A stretch of 62,868 nucleotides of DNA, the filler included. It is 4 parts of 4 records of this genome, joined end to end, with 100 filler letters (N's around TTAATTAATTAA, not from the genome) between each part and the next. Parts side by side here need not be neighbours in the genome. Positions count along the whole stretch, not along the records: positions 1 to 16,539 come from SRR2962707_5581; 3 more parts are not named here. The stretch is one strand, 5' to 3'. Position 1 is the stretch's first letter. Each line of letters starts with the position of its first letter. Positions 1 through 9,059 of this stretch are shown here, piece after piece. Below the pieces are notes generated by a model. It was not told the DNA's origin, searched no databases, and worked only from the letters and a program-made list of their open reading frames with translations. The position numbers were made by a program, and so were the translations under genes.

Positions 1-1
1 C

Positions 2-298
2 ATGATCATGGACATGGCCGCGCTGATCCTCATTTGCACGCCGATCTTCCTGCCGATTGTCAAAGACCTCGGTATGGACCCGACCCAGTTTGGCATCATG
101 CTTCTGGTTAATCTTGGTCTTGGGCTGTGTACGCCCCCAGTGGGAACCTGCCTTTTTGTTGGCTGTGCCGTCGGCAGGATCAAGATCGAGGAAACGCTTC
201 GCACGATATGGCCATTTTATCTCGCTATTCTGGCGGCTCTCATTCTGGTCACTTACGTGCCTGCTGTGTCCCTGTTCCTACCGTCTTTGCTTGAGTAA
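2..298 (+). CDS. dctM: TRAP transporter large permease, C-terminal part (5' truncated)
   Basis: Hydrophobic ORF with DctM C-terminal motifs GMDPTQFG and LGLCTPPVG. Confidence 0.9.
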   Translation: MIMDMAALILICTPIFLPIVKDLGMDPTQFGIMLLVNLGLGLCTPPVGTCLFVGCAVGRIKIEETLRTIWPFYLAILAALILVTYVPAVSLFLPSLLE

Positions 299-302
299 CC
301 CT

Positions 303-346
303 GACATGCTGCGCGTCTCCTCCCTCACAATGGCGCGCAGCATGTC
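303..346. repeat. Intergenic inverted repeat (hairpin)
   Basis: GACATGCTGCGCGTC ... GGCGCGCAGCATGTC, 15-bp stem just after the dctM stop. Confidence 0.7.
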
Positions 347-400
347 CCGACACCCAAGTTCACCAATGCGCCGAAAATATTAAAACAGAAAGTTCTCGCC

Positions 401-1117
401 ATGACCGCACCGACGCCTGAAATTCTTGAAAAGCTGATGCATGTCAGCACAGCGACGCTAACGACAGCATTGTTCAAGCGCGGCTTTCGTAACGTGTTTA
501 TTCAAGGGCCCCACCGGATGAACCCAGGGCCGAACATGGTCGGACCCGCGTATACACTGCGCTATATTCCCGCGCGCGAGGATCTTGATGGTCTGGAGTC
601 TTTCGCGGACCGTGCCAATCCGCAGCGCAAAGGCGTCGAGGAATGCCCCGAAGGGGCTGTGTTTGTAATCGACTCGCGGCAGGATTCTACGGCGGCTTCG
701 GCAGGGTGTATTCTGGCCACCCGCCTGATGATGCGCGGCTGCAAAGGGATCGTGACCGACGGCGGATTCCGCGACACGCCCGAAATCTCGGTGCTTGCGA
801 TGCCCGCCTATCATACCCGCCCCAGTGCCCCGACGAATTTGACCAAACATCATGCCGTTGCAAACAACGATCCTATTGCATGTGGCGGTGTTTCGGTGTT
901 TCCGGGTGATATTATGGTGGGTGACAACGAAGGCGTTGTTTGCATCCCCGTGCATCTGGTGGCAGAAGTGGCGGCAGAAACCGAAGAGATGACCGTTTTC
1001 GAAGATTTCGTTCTAGAAATGGTGCAGAATGGTGCCTCGATCTTTGGCCTTTATCCGCCAACCGATCCGGCAACAAAGGACAAGTTTAAAACATGGCGGG
1101 AACAGAAAAACAGGTAG
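401..1117 (+). CDS. RraA-like / HMG-aldolase family protein
   Basis: STATLTTAL, MVGPAYTLRY, GIVTDGGFRD and VFPGDIMVGDNEGVVCIP motifs; 238 aa. Confidence 0.85.
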   Translation: MTAPTPEILEKLMHVSTATLTTALFKRGFRNVFIQGPHRMNPGPNMVGPAYTLRYIPAREDLDGLESFADRANPQRKGVEECPEGAVFVIDSRQDSTAASAGCILATRLMMRGCKGIVTDGGFRDTPEISVLAMPAYHTRPSAPTNLTKHHAVANNDPIACGGVSVFPGDIMVGDNEGVVCIPVHLVAEVAAETEEMTVFEDFVLEMVQNGASIFGLYPPTDPATKDKFKTWREQKNR

Positions 1118-1836
1118 AGGGTCTGGACGGCACAGGTTCGATCTCCCTGAAGCCGGGGAAAGATCGGACGCTGTCTGACCATGCCTATGAGAAAATCCTC
1201 GCTATGATTTCAAGCGGGGAAACGCCTGTTGGTGCCAAGCTTCCGACCGAACACGCGATGAGCGAGATGTTGGAAGTGTCCCGTCCAGTCCTGCGCCAAG
1301 CCCTTAAACAGTTGCGCGAAGACGGTGTTGTCGTATCCCGCCAGGGGTCCGGATCGTTTGTACAACGCCGTCCCGACACTGCCGTGCTTGCCTTTGCGCC
1401 GGTGGGATCCATCGCCGATATCCAACGGACTTTCGAATTTCGCGCCGCTATCGAAGGCGAGGCGGCGTATCTGGCAGCAGAACGGCGCACCGAATCCGAC
1501 CTTGCGAAGTTGCGTGCGCACTTCAAAGAGCTGGACCGCTGTATTCGTGAGGGCGAACTGGGTGTTGAAGCTGACGAGGCCTTTCATCAGGCAATTTGCG
1601 TCGCATCAGGGAACCAGTATTTCACAACTGCCCGTACCTCGATGAAGTCGAATATCCTGACGGGTCTAAATCTGACGCGGAACCTGTCGTTAAGCAAACC
1701 GCGCGAGCGCATGGAGCTGGTTCAGCAAGAGCACCGCCGCATCCTTGAAGCGATCGATGCGCGTGATCAGGCAGAGGCCCGCGCCGCGATGCGCGCACAT
1801 GTCGAGAATGCCAAAAACAGGGTGTTCGAAGGATAG
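1093..1836 (+). CDS. FadR/GntR-family transcriptional regulator
   Basis: wHTH LPTEHAMSEMLEVSRPVLRQAL..GSGSFV and FCD domain (EFRAAIE, DEAFH, EHRRIL). Confidence 0.92.
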   Translation: MAGTEKQVEGLDGTGSISLKPGKDRTLSDHAYEKILAMISSGETPVGAKLPTEHAMSEMLEVSRPVLRQALKQLREDGVVVSRQGSGSFVQRRPDTAVLAFAPVGSIADIQRTFEFRAAIEGEAAYLAAERRTESDLAKLRAHFKELDRCIREGELGVEADEAFHQAICVASGNQYFTTARTSMKSNILTGLNLTRNLSLSKPRERMELVQQEHRRILEAIDARDQAEARAAMRAHVENAKNRVFEG

Positions 1837-1842
1837 CCGGGA

Positions 1843-2190
1843 TCAGTCCAGCGGCAGTCCGTGCGCTTCCATAAAATCATCGCGCCGCGGTGCAAAGCTA
1901 TCAAGCAGGCTACCTTCTTTCAGGCAGACACATGAATGTTCTACATTTGATGGAATGATCAGCGCGTCGCCAGTGGTCAGGATTTGAGTTTCGCCGCCAA
2001 CCGTAAATTCGAACTGGCCGGCAGAGACAAATGTGGTCTGAACATGCGGGTGGGAGTGTGGCGCGCCGACGCCTTGTTCTTCAAACAAGAACTCCACCAT
2101 CATCAGGGCTTTGTCCTGACACAGAATACGGCGCTTTGCGCCCGGTCCGGAAACCATCCAGCCTTGTGCTGTATCGGTAGTCGTGCCCAT
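1843..2190 (-). CDS. kdgF: KdgF-like cupin (unsaturated uronate ring opening)
   Basis: 115 aa from ATG at 2190; HSHPHVQ, GQFEFTVGG, IPSNVEH and LLDSFAPRRDDF match KdgF cupins. Confidence 0.8.
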   Translation of the reverse strand: MGTTTDTAQGWMVSGPGAKRRILCQDKALMMVEFLFEEQGVGAPHSHPHVQTTFVSAGQFEFTVGGETQILTTGDALIIPSNVEHSCVCLKEGSLLDSFAPRRDDFMEAHGLPLD

Positions 2191-2219
2191 TTGAGAAGCC
2201 TTTTTGACGTTGATCAAGA

Positions 2220-2324
2220 TGTAACAATTTGTAACCATATCCTTTGATATGTCAATCAGTTTGGCTTGCATGAACGGACTAAATCTACGTTTTAGCCGTA
2301 TTTTAATTTGTAATAATTTGTATT
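2220..2324. promoter_or_regulatory. Divergent kdgF/SDR promoter with operator repeats
   Basis: AT-rich; TGTAAC-AATT-TGTAAC at 2220-2235; ATTTGTAATAATTTGTA at 2306-2322 is the exact reverse complement of 4844-4860. Confidence 0.7.
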
Positions 2325-2477
2325 GTTCCCGCGTGGCGTTTATCATAAGGAGGTAGAAGGATAACGCAGGTGTTGGGCGCGAACGACAGCTCCCATACGT
2401 TTTTCTGCGTTGAAGAAACTGGTGGACCGGCCTCTTTGTCAGGCTTCGTCAAAGACATATATTTTCAGGAGACGATC

Positions 2478-3224
2478 ATGGACCTTAAAGGAAAAACCGC
2501 AATCGTAACAGGCGGTGGCCGCGATATCGGGCGCGCGTGCGTGCTAGAACTTGCTGCGCGGGGCGCAAATGTAGCTATTAACTATATGGCGAGCTCCGAG
2601 GGTGCCGATAGCGCCGTAGCCGAGATCAAAGCGGCGGGAGGCAACGCATTTGCACTGCAAGGGGACATGACCAAAGAGGCGGACGTCGCCGCGCTGGTCA
2701 GCAAAACCGTTGAAGAATTCGGTCAGGTCGACAGCTTGATCCACGTGACCGGTGGTTTGCTGGCGCGTGTCACGATGGCGGATATGACGCTGGATCACTG
2801 GCAGGCGGTTATGGACGTTAACCTCACCTCTTTTGTTCTGATGGTCCGCGAGTGCCTTCCGCACATGAACGACGGCTCCTCGATTGTCGGTCTGGCATCG
2901 CAAGCGGGCCGTGATGGCGGCGGTCCAGGCGCGTCTGCTTACGGCGCATCCAAAGGCGCATTGATGACGCTCACCCGCGGTCTGGCAAAAGAGCTGGGCC
3001 CGAAAATTCGCGTCAACTCCCTTTGCCCCGGCATGATCGATACGGATTTCCACAACATCTTTACCAAGCCCGAAGTGCGCACACATGTGGCGAATGTCTC
3101 GCCGCTCAAGCGTGAAGGTACATCCGAGGAAGTGGCCAAACTGGCCGTGTTCCTTGCCTCTGATGATGCTGCGTTCATCACGGGTGCAAATGTCGACATC
3201 AACGGCGGCATGCTGTTCTCGTAA
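2478..3224 (+). CDS. SDR oxidoreductase, DEH (4-deoxy-L-erythro-5-hexoseulose uronate) reductase-like
   Basis: TGGGRDIG Rossmann motif, SQAGRDGGGPGASAYGASK (YxxxK), PGMIDTDFH; AGGAG RBS before ATG 2478; adjacent to kdgF. Confidence 0.8.
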   Translation: MDLKGKTAIVTGGGRDIGRACVLELAARGANVAINYMASSEGADSAVAEIKAAGGNAFALQGDMTKEADVAALVSKTVEEFGQVDSLIHVTGGLLARVTMADMTLDHWQAVMDVNLTSFVLMVRECLPHMNDGSSIVGLASQAGRDGGGPGASAYGASKGALMTLTRGLAKELGPKIRVNSLCPGMIDTDFHNIFTKPEVRTHVANVSPLKREGTSEEVAKLAVFLASDDAAFITGANVDINGGMLFS

Positions 3225-3296
3225 ACACAGTCTTCGGGCGCTTGCGGACGATCCGCCGGCGCCCGTTACCTTGACCTGACCCTGAGGAAACGCACT

Positions 3297-4802
3297 ATGG
3301 AACTTATCGGAAAACATCTCATCGCGGGTGAGTGGGTTGGCTCTGCCGATCAATTTTCGTCTGATCCGGCGCAGGGGCCAGCGCATGACTTCGCAGCGGG
3401 CACCGTTGATTTGGTGGACCGCGCAGCGCGGGCCGCCGAAGATGCGTTCCTGTCTTATAGTGCTACGACATCAAAAGAACGCGCCGCGTTCCTGAACGCC
3501 ATTGCAGATGAAATCGACGCCCGTATCGATGCACTGGCCGAGATCGGCAGTCAGGAAACCGGCCTGCCAGATGCACGCCTGCGCGGCGAGACGGGCCGCA
3601 CATCCGGCCAGTTGCGTATGTTTGCGACGCATATCCTCGACGGCGCGTATCTTGATGCGCGTCATGACGCAGCGCTCCCCGATCGGGCACCGCTTCCGCG
3701 GTCCGATTTGCGGATGATCCAGCGGCCTATCGGGCCTGTCGCCGTGTTCGGCGCGTCAAACTTTCCGCTCGCCTTTTCAACTGCTGGCGGTGACACGGCC
3801 TCTGCTCTGGCAGCGGGATGTCCGGTTGTTGTCAGGGGCCACCACGCCCATCCCGGCACGGCTGAAATTGTTGCTGTTGCTATCAATGCAGCCATTAGGT
3901 CTTGCGGAATTGATGCCGGTGTCTTTTCCCTTATTCAGGGCGGCGGGTTAGAGGTTGGCCAGGCGCTGGTCCAACATCCGTTGATCAAGGCGGTTGGCTT
4001 TACGGGCTCGTTGCGCGGCGGTCGTGCGCTGTTCGATCTGTGTGCCCAACGGCCAGAGCCTATTCCCTTTTTCGGCGAGCTTGGTTCGATCAATCCGGTA
4101 TTTTTGCTGCCAGCGGCGGTAGCGGCCCGTGGCGCGGATATAGGCAAGGGCTGGGCCGCATCCTTGATGATGGGGGCAGGGCAGTTTTGCACGAACCCCG
4201 GCGTGGTCGTCGTGCTTGACGGCCCATCCGCTGATACATTCCGCGACGCGGCGGTTGAGGCATTGCAACAAGGGCCGGCACAAACGACCCTGACGACAGG
4301 CATTGCGGATGCCTATTTTGACGGGCGCGACCGTGTTTCTGCGACCAAGGGCACCACAACACTTGTCACAACCAAGCGGACAGACAAACGCAGTGTCACC
4401 CCGAGCGTTTTCGAGACAACTGGCGCGCAATGGCTTTCCAGTGATGCCTTGGCACACGAGGTTTTCGGCCCGCTTGGTATTATCGTGCGTGTCGCTGACA
4501 TGGACGAAATGCGAACGGTTGCGCGGGGCCTTGAGGGGCAGCTGACCTGCACGTTGCAACTGGACGCCGACGATACCGATGCCGCGAAATCCCTGATGCC
4601 CATCCTAGAGCGCAAAGCGGGCCGCATCCTTGCCAATGGATACCCGACAGGGGTCGAGGTGAGCAGCGCGATGGTCCATGGCGGCCCCTATCCGGCGTCC
4701 ACAAACTTTGGTGCGACGTCCGTCGGAACGATGGCGATCCGCCGTTTTCTGCGTCCGGTTTGCTATCAGGACTTGCCCGCAGCATTCCTGCCGACCGTTT
4801 GA
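3297..4802 (+). CDS. NADP-dependent aldehyde dehydrogenase, alpha-ketoglutaric semialdehyde dehydrogenase-like
   Basis: VFGASNFPLAFSTAGGDTASALAAG, GELGSINP, GQFCTNPG, HGGPYPAST. Confidence 0.88.
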   Translation: MELIGKHLIAGEWVGSADQFSSDPAQGPAHDFAAGTVDLVDRAARAAEDAFLSYSATTSKERAAFLNAIADEIDARIDALAEIGSQETGLPDARLRGETGRTSGQLRMFATHILDGAYLDARHDAALPDRAPLPRSDLRMIQRPIGPVAVFGASNFPLAFSTAGGDTASALAAGCPVVVRGHHAHPGTAEIVAVAINAAIRSCGIDAGVFSLIQGGGLEVGQALVQHPLIKAVGFTGSLRGGRALFDLCAQRPEPIPFFGELGSINPVFLLPAAVAARGADIGKGWAASLMMGAGQFCTNPGVVVVLDGPSADTFRDAAVEALQQGPAQTTLTTGIADAYFDGRDRVSATKGTTTLVTTKRTDKRSVTPSVFETTGAQWLSSDALAHEVFGPLGIIVRVADMDEMRTVARGLEGQLTCTLQLDADDTDAAKSLMPILERKAGRILANGYPTGVEVSSAMVHGGPYPASTNFGATSVGTMAIRRFLRPVCYQDLPAAFLPTV

Positions 4803-4840
4803 GGTGAATAAGCCGCGGGTAAGCTATTGTTAACAGACTG

Positions 4841-4894
4841 TATTACAAATTATTACAAATACGCTTGACGTATTACAAATATAAACGACATATT
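4841..4894 (+). promoter_or_regulatory. TRAP operon promoter with three TATTACAAAT repeats
   Basis: TATTACAAAT at 4841, 4851 and 4871 flanking a TTGACG -35 hexamer (4865-4870). Confidence 0.7.
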
Positions 4895-4958
4895 CCTTCC
4901 TAGGGAGAATCTGGGCAGACCAAGTATCTGCTCAGGCCACACATAAGGGAGGACTACC

Positions 4959-5951
4959 ATGTCATTTTTCACCAAGACCGCCGCACTTGTATCTGGTGCG
5001 GCCATCGCCGCGACGCTCACGATGACAGCGGCGCAGGCAGAGACGACCCTACGCGGCGCAAGCATGTTCGACGAGGAACACGCCTTTACAAAGACCATGC
5101 GCAAATTCGATGAACTGGTCGCCGCGAACTATGACGGCGACGTCACGTTCGACCTTCGCCTGAACGGCGAACTGGGCGTCGAAAGCGACTACGTCACCTT
5201 CCTTAACCAAGGTGTTGCGATTGACTATACGATCCTTGCGCCTTCCAACATGGCCAAATTCGCGCCCTCAATTCCGCTGATGGACATGCCGTTCCTGTTC
5301 CGCGATCTGGATCACTGGAACGCGGTTCTGTCCAGCGATGTCCTAAAGCCGCTTGAGGATGAACTGCTTGAGAAAGCCAGCATCAAGATCATCGGCTACA
5401 CGGGTGGCGGTACACGCAACCTGTTGTCCAAAAACCCTGTTGTGAATTTTGATGACCTTGCGGGCCACAAGATGCGGGTCATGGGCGCGCCTATTCAAGC
5501 GCAGATTTTCTCGGCGTTGACTGCCGCACCTTCGGCGATTGCATATAACGAAGTCTATAATGCAATCCAGACCGGCGTTATCGCAGGCTTTGAGAATGAA
5601 GCGGCAAGCATCCAGAACCTCAAGTTCTATGAAGTCGCACCAAACCTGTCGTTGACCCGTCACACCATCACGGTACGCCCCATCGTGATGAGCGGAAAAA
5701 CCTTCAACGGTCTGCCGTCCGATCTTCAGGCTGCGGTCCTTAAGGCGGGTGCAGAGGCGGGCGCATTCGGGCGTGAGCTGGAATCGCGTGAAGACGGTGT
5801 GAAGCTTCAAGAAATGGTGGATGCCGGTCAGTTGAAAGTGTCCGAGTTCGAGGGCCGCGACAAGATGCTGGAAATGGTTGTACCGGTTCAGGACGCCTAT
5901 GCCGCCGAGATTGGTGCAACCGATCTGCTGGCAGCGATCCGCACCAAGTAA
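4959..5951 (+). CDS. dctP: TRAP substrate-binding protein
   Basis: Signal peptide ending AQA; DMPFLFRD, GHKMRVMG (carboxylate-binding Arg), EVYNAIQTGV. Confidence 0.93.
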   Translation: MSFFTKTAALVSGAAIAATLTMTAAQAETTLRGASMFDEEHAFTKTMRKFDELVAANYDGDVTFDLRLNGELGVESDYVTFLNQGVAIDYTILAPSNMAKFAPSIPLMDMPFLFRDLDHWNAVLSSDVLKPLEDELLEKASIKIIGYTGGGTRNLLSKNPVVNFDDLAGHKMRVMGAPIQAQIFSALTAAPSAIAYNEVYNAIQTGVIAGFENEAASIQNLKFYEVAPNLSLTRHTITVRPIVMSGKTFNGLPSDLQAAVLKAGAEAGAFGRELESREDGVKLQEMVDAGQLKVSEFEGRDKMLEMVVPVQDAYAAEIGATDLLAAIRTK

Positions 5952-5960
5952 GACCAAAGC

Positions 5961-5991
5961 TGCCCCCGCAGGTTTCATACTTGTGGGGGCA
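5961..5991 (+). terminator. Stem-loop after dctP (attenuator or mRNA stabiliser)
   Basis: TGCCCCCGCAGGT ... ACTTGTGGGGGCA. Confidence 0.6.
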
Positions 5992-6026
5992 TTCCCTATT
6001 TTCACCCTTAGCTGATCGGTAAGCAC

Positions 6027-6521
6027 ATGATCCTGCGTGGTCTGGAACTTCTCGCCTCTGCGATACGATTTATCATCGGGGCGCTGATGATCTCGCTGGC
6101 CATTCCTGTCGGAATGCAGGTTGTCGCCCGCTATACCGGCATTATCCCTGTCTATCTGTGGACCGAGGAACTGGCGACGTTCATCTTTGTCTGGGTGGTT
6201 ATGCTCGGCTCGACGCTGGCCGTCTGGGAGGGGACCCATTTCGACGTTCAAGTCATTGCCGATGCAAAAAGCCCCCTGTTGCTATTCTTGCAAAAGGCGC
6301 TGGTGCTGACGCTTGTCGCGCTCTTTGCGATCCTTTTTGCATGGTACGGCATCGACTATGCCGAGTTTGGCGGAAAGCAGAATTCGGTCATGATGCGCGC
6401 AAATCTGATGATCACGCATATTTCTGTTCCGATTGCTGGCACGCTCTGGGCCGTGTTCGCGCTTTACCGGTTGTTTGAAGCATTTGCGGTTTACCGCACA
6501 AATGGGCAGGCCATGTCATGA
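6027..6521 (+). CDS. dctQ: TRAP small permease
   Basis: 4 TM segments; QVVARY, WTEEL, HFDV motifs. Confidence 0.9.
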   Translation: MILRGLELLASAIRFIIGALMISLAIPVGMQVVARYTGIIPVYLWTEELATFIFVWVVMLGSTLAVWEGTHFDVQVIADAKSPLLLFLQKALVLTLVALFAILFAWYGIDYAEFGGKQNSVMMRANLMITHISVPIAGTLWAVFALYRLFEAFAVYRTNGQAMS

Positions 6522-7828
6522 TCGTATCAACGGGCCTTGCCTGTCTTATCCTTGTGGGCGGGTTCATCCTGCTTGTGGCGCTGCGGGTGCCGGTCGCTTT
6601 TGCCCTTGGTATCGCGACGATCCCGATTGTTATGCTGGATCTACGGCTGACGCCGTTCATCATTATCGACCGGATGTTCCAGTCCTATAATTCGTTTATC
6701 CTGCTTGCCGTGCCGTTCTTTCTGCTGGCTGCAAATCTGATGAACTCGGGGCTGATCACGCAAAAGCTGATTGATTTCGCGCGGGTTCTGACCGGCTGGT
6801 TGCCGGGCGGGCTTGGTCATGTGAACGTCGCTGTGTCCATGCTGTTTGCGGGCATTTCCGGGTCGTCCACAGCGGACGCTGCCGGCTGCGGTAAAATCCT
6901 GATCCCCGCGATGGTCAAAGAAGGGTATGATACCCGGTTCGCCATTGCGATCACGGCGTGTTCGTCCGTTATGGGCGTCATTATCCCGCCCAGCATTCTG
7001 ATGGTGGTCTGGGGCGGCGTGATGCAAGTGTCGGTGGGCGCGTTATTCCTTGCGGGTGCCATTCCCGGCCTGCTGATCGGTTTTGCGCTGATGGCAACGG
7101 TCTATGGCTACGCAAAAGTATACGACTACCCCGTCACCATGCGCCCGACATTTGCACAATTCTGGGCCGCATTTAAAGGGGCGGCACTGGCGATGCTGAC
7201 GCCTGTCCTTGTGATTGGCGGTATCGTTGGCGGCATCGTCACCCCGACCGAAAGCGCGATTATTGCAGCCGGTTACGCGCTGATCCTCGGTGTTTTCGTC
7301 TATCGCACGGTGTCGGTTCGCGATCTGGGCAGCATCTTCTATGACACGGGCCGATTTGCGTCGATCTCGCTGTTTGCAATCGGCACTGCATCGGCTTTCG
7401 GCTGGATGTTGGCCTTTTACAATGTCCCCCGCCTGATCGTCGATGTGCTGACCGCACAGGAATTCGGCGTCATTGGCACCTCCCTCATCATTGCGGCGCT
7501 GTTCCTGTTTTTCGGCCTGTTCATTGATGCCATCCCCACGATTATCATCCTTGGCACCGTCTTGTTGCCCGTGGCAAAAGCAGCGGGCATTGATCCGGTG
7601 GCCTTTGCGATAATCGGGATCATCTCGCTTGCCTTTGGGTTGGTCACACCGCCTTATGGTTTGTGTCTGTTAATATCGGCCTCAATCGGAGGAATGAATG
7701 TCGTCAAAGTTCTCAAAGACGTGTGCATTATCCTTGCTCCGATGCTGGTGATCTTGATGCTGGTCATTTTGTTTCCGGAAATCGCACTGTGGTTGCCGCG
7801 CAAACTTATGCCGATAACATTTCAATGA
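6518..7828 (+). CDS. dctM: TRAP large permease
   Basis: LLAVPFF, GISGSSTADAA, IIPPSI, TPTES, TPPYG; ATGA overlap with dctQ. Confidence 0.93.
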   Translation: MIVSTGLACLILVGGFILLVALRVPVAFALGIATIPIVMLDLRLTPFIIIDRMFQSYNSFILLAVPFFLLAANLMNSGLITQKLIDFARVLTGWLPGGLGHVNVAVSMLFAGISGSSTADAAGCGKILIPAMVKEGYDTRFAIAITACSSVMGVIIPPSILMVVWGGVMQVSVGALFLAGAIPGLLIGFALMATVYGYAKVYDYPVTMRPTFAQFWAAFKGAALAMLTPVLVIGGIVGGIVTPTESAIIAAGYALILGVFVYRTVSVRDLGSIFYDTGRFASISLFAIGTASAFGWMLAFYNVPRLIVDVLTAQEFGVIGTSLIIAALFLFFGLFIDAIPTIIILGTVLLPVAKAAGIDPVAFAIIGIISLAFGLVTPPYGLCLLISASIGGMNVVKVLKDVCIILAPMLVILMLVILFPEIALWLPRKLMPITFQ

Positions 7829-7868
7829 TTTGGCTATGTGCCATCAGCCCTTTGAATAGGAACATACC

Positions 7869-9059
7869 ATGAGAGAAACCTGGCGTTGGTTTGGCCCGGC
7901 GGACCCGGTCACCCTTACTCATATCCGCGAAGCAGGGGCCACGGGCATTGTCACAGCTTTGCATGATTACGCGCCCGGCGAAGTCTGGCCGCTTAGGGAC
8001 ATCGAGGCGCATAACACCCTGATCGAAGCCGCAGGCCTGACATGGGATGTCTGCGAGTCGATCTGGATGGCAGATGCGATCAAGCAGAAGGGCAGCGGCG
8101 CACAGGCCGAGATCGCCGCATGGGTCGAGACCCTGCGCAATCTGGCACGGGCAGGGGTAAAAACCATCTGCTATAACTTTATGCCCCTGCTGGACTGGAC
8201 CCGCACTGACCTTGCGTATGAATTACAAGGGCAGGGGCAGGCCCTGCGCTTTGATATGGTCGATTTTGTCGTGTTCGACGTCCATATTCTGGAACGCCCC
8301 AATGCCAAGGCCGATCACGCGCCCGACCTGCTGACTGCAGCGCAGATCAGGTGGCGTGATATGACTGCCACACAAATTGACGCGTTGGAGAGCAACATCA
8401 TCGCAGGTCTGCCGGGCAGTGCGAAAGGATTTTCCCGCGCTGATCTGATGGCGGGAATCGAGAGTTTCTCTACCCTGTCGCATGCTGACCTCCAAGCAAA
8501 CCTCGCTGCGTTCCTCAAGGTGGTTGTGCCCGAAGCCGAGACACTGGGTGTACGTCTGGCGATCCATCCCGATGACCCGCCGTTCCCGCTTTTTGGTTTG
8601 CCGCGCTGCGTCTCTACGGCGGATGATCTGGAATTCCTGCTGGCGGCACAGCCAAGCCCTGCAAATGGTCTGACGTTCTGTACCGGCTCGCTGGGGGCAC
8701 GCGCGGACAATGACCTGCCTGCAATGGCGCGCAGATTTGGCGCAGATGTCCATTTCGCCCATTTGCGCAATGTCCAACGGGAAGACGACGGCAGCTTTTA
8801 CGAGGCCGCGGCCCTTGGTGGCAGCACGGATATGATTGCCGTGCTATCCGCCCTGTTACAGGCCGAAGCCGCCGATCCCGATCGCAGCATACCCATGCGC
8901 CCCGATCATGGTCATCTGCTCGCCTTCGAGCAGAACCAGAAAACCAATCCGGGCTATTCCTATCTCGGCCGCCTCAAGGGCTTGGCCGAACTCAGAGGTG
9001 CAATGGCCGCGCTGTTGCACCATAGTAATACGACTAAAATCGGGGAACACTTGCAATGA
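7869..9059 (+). CDS. uxuA: Mannonate dehydratase
   Basis: WRWFGPAD, CYNFMP, HPDDPP, HFAHLRN, MRPDHG. Confidence 0.95.
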   Translation: MRETWRWFGPADPVTLTHIREAGATGIVTALHDYAPGEVWPLRDIEAHNTLIEAAGLTWDVCESIWMADAIKQKGSGAQAEIAAWVETLRNLARAGVKTICYNFMPLLDWTRTDLAYELQGQGQALRFDMVDFVVFDVHILERPNAKADHAPDLLTAAQIRWRDMTATQIDALESNIIAGLPGSAKGFSRADLMAGIESFSTLSHADLQANLAAFLKVVVPEAETLGVRLAIHPDDPPFPLFGLPRCVSTADDLEFLLAAQPSPANGLTFCTGSLGARADNDLPAMARRFGADVHFAHLRNVQREDDGSFYEAAALGGSTDMIAVLSALLQAEAADPDRSIPMRPDHGHLLAFEQNQKTNPGYSYLGRLKGLAELRGAMAALLHHSNTTKIGEHLQ

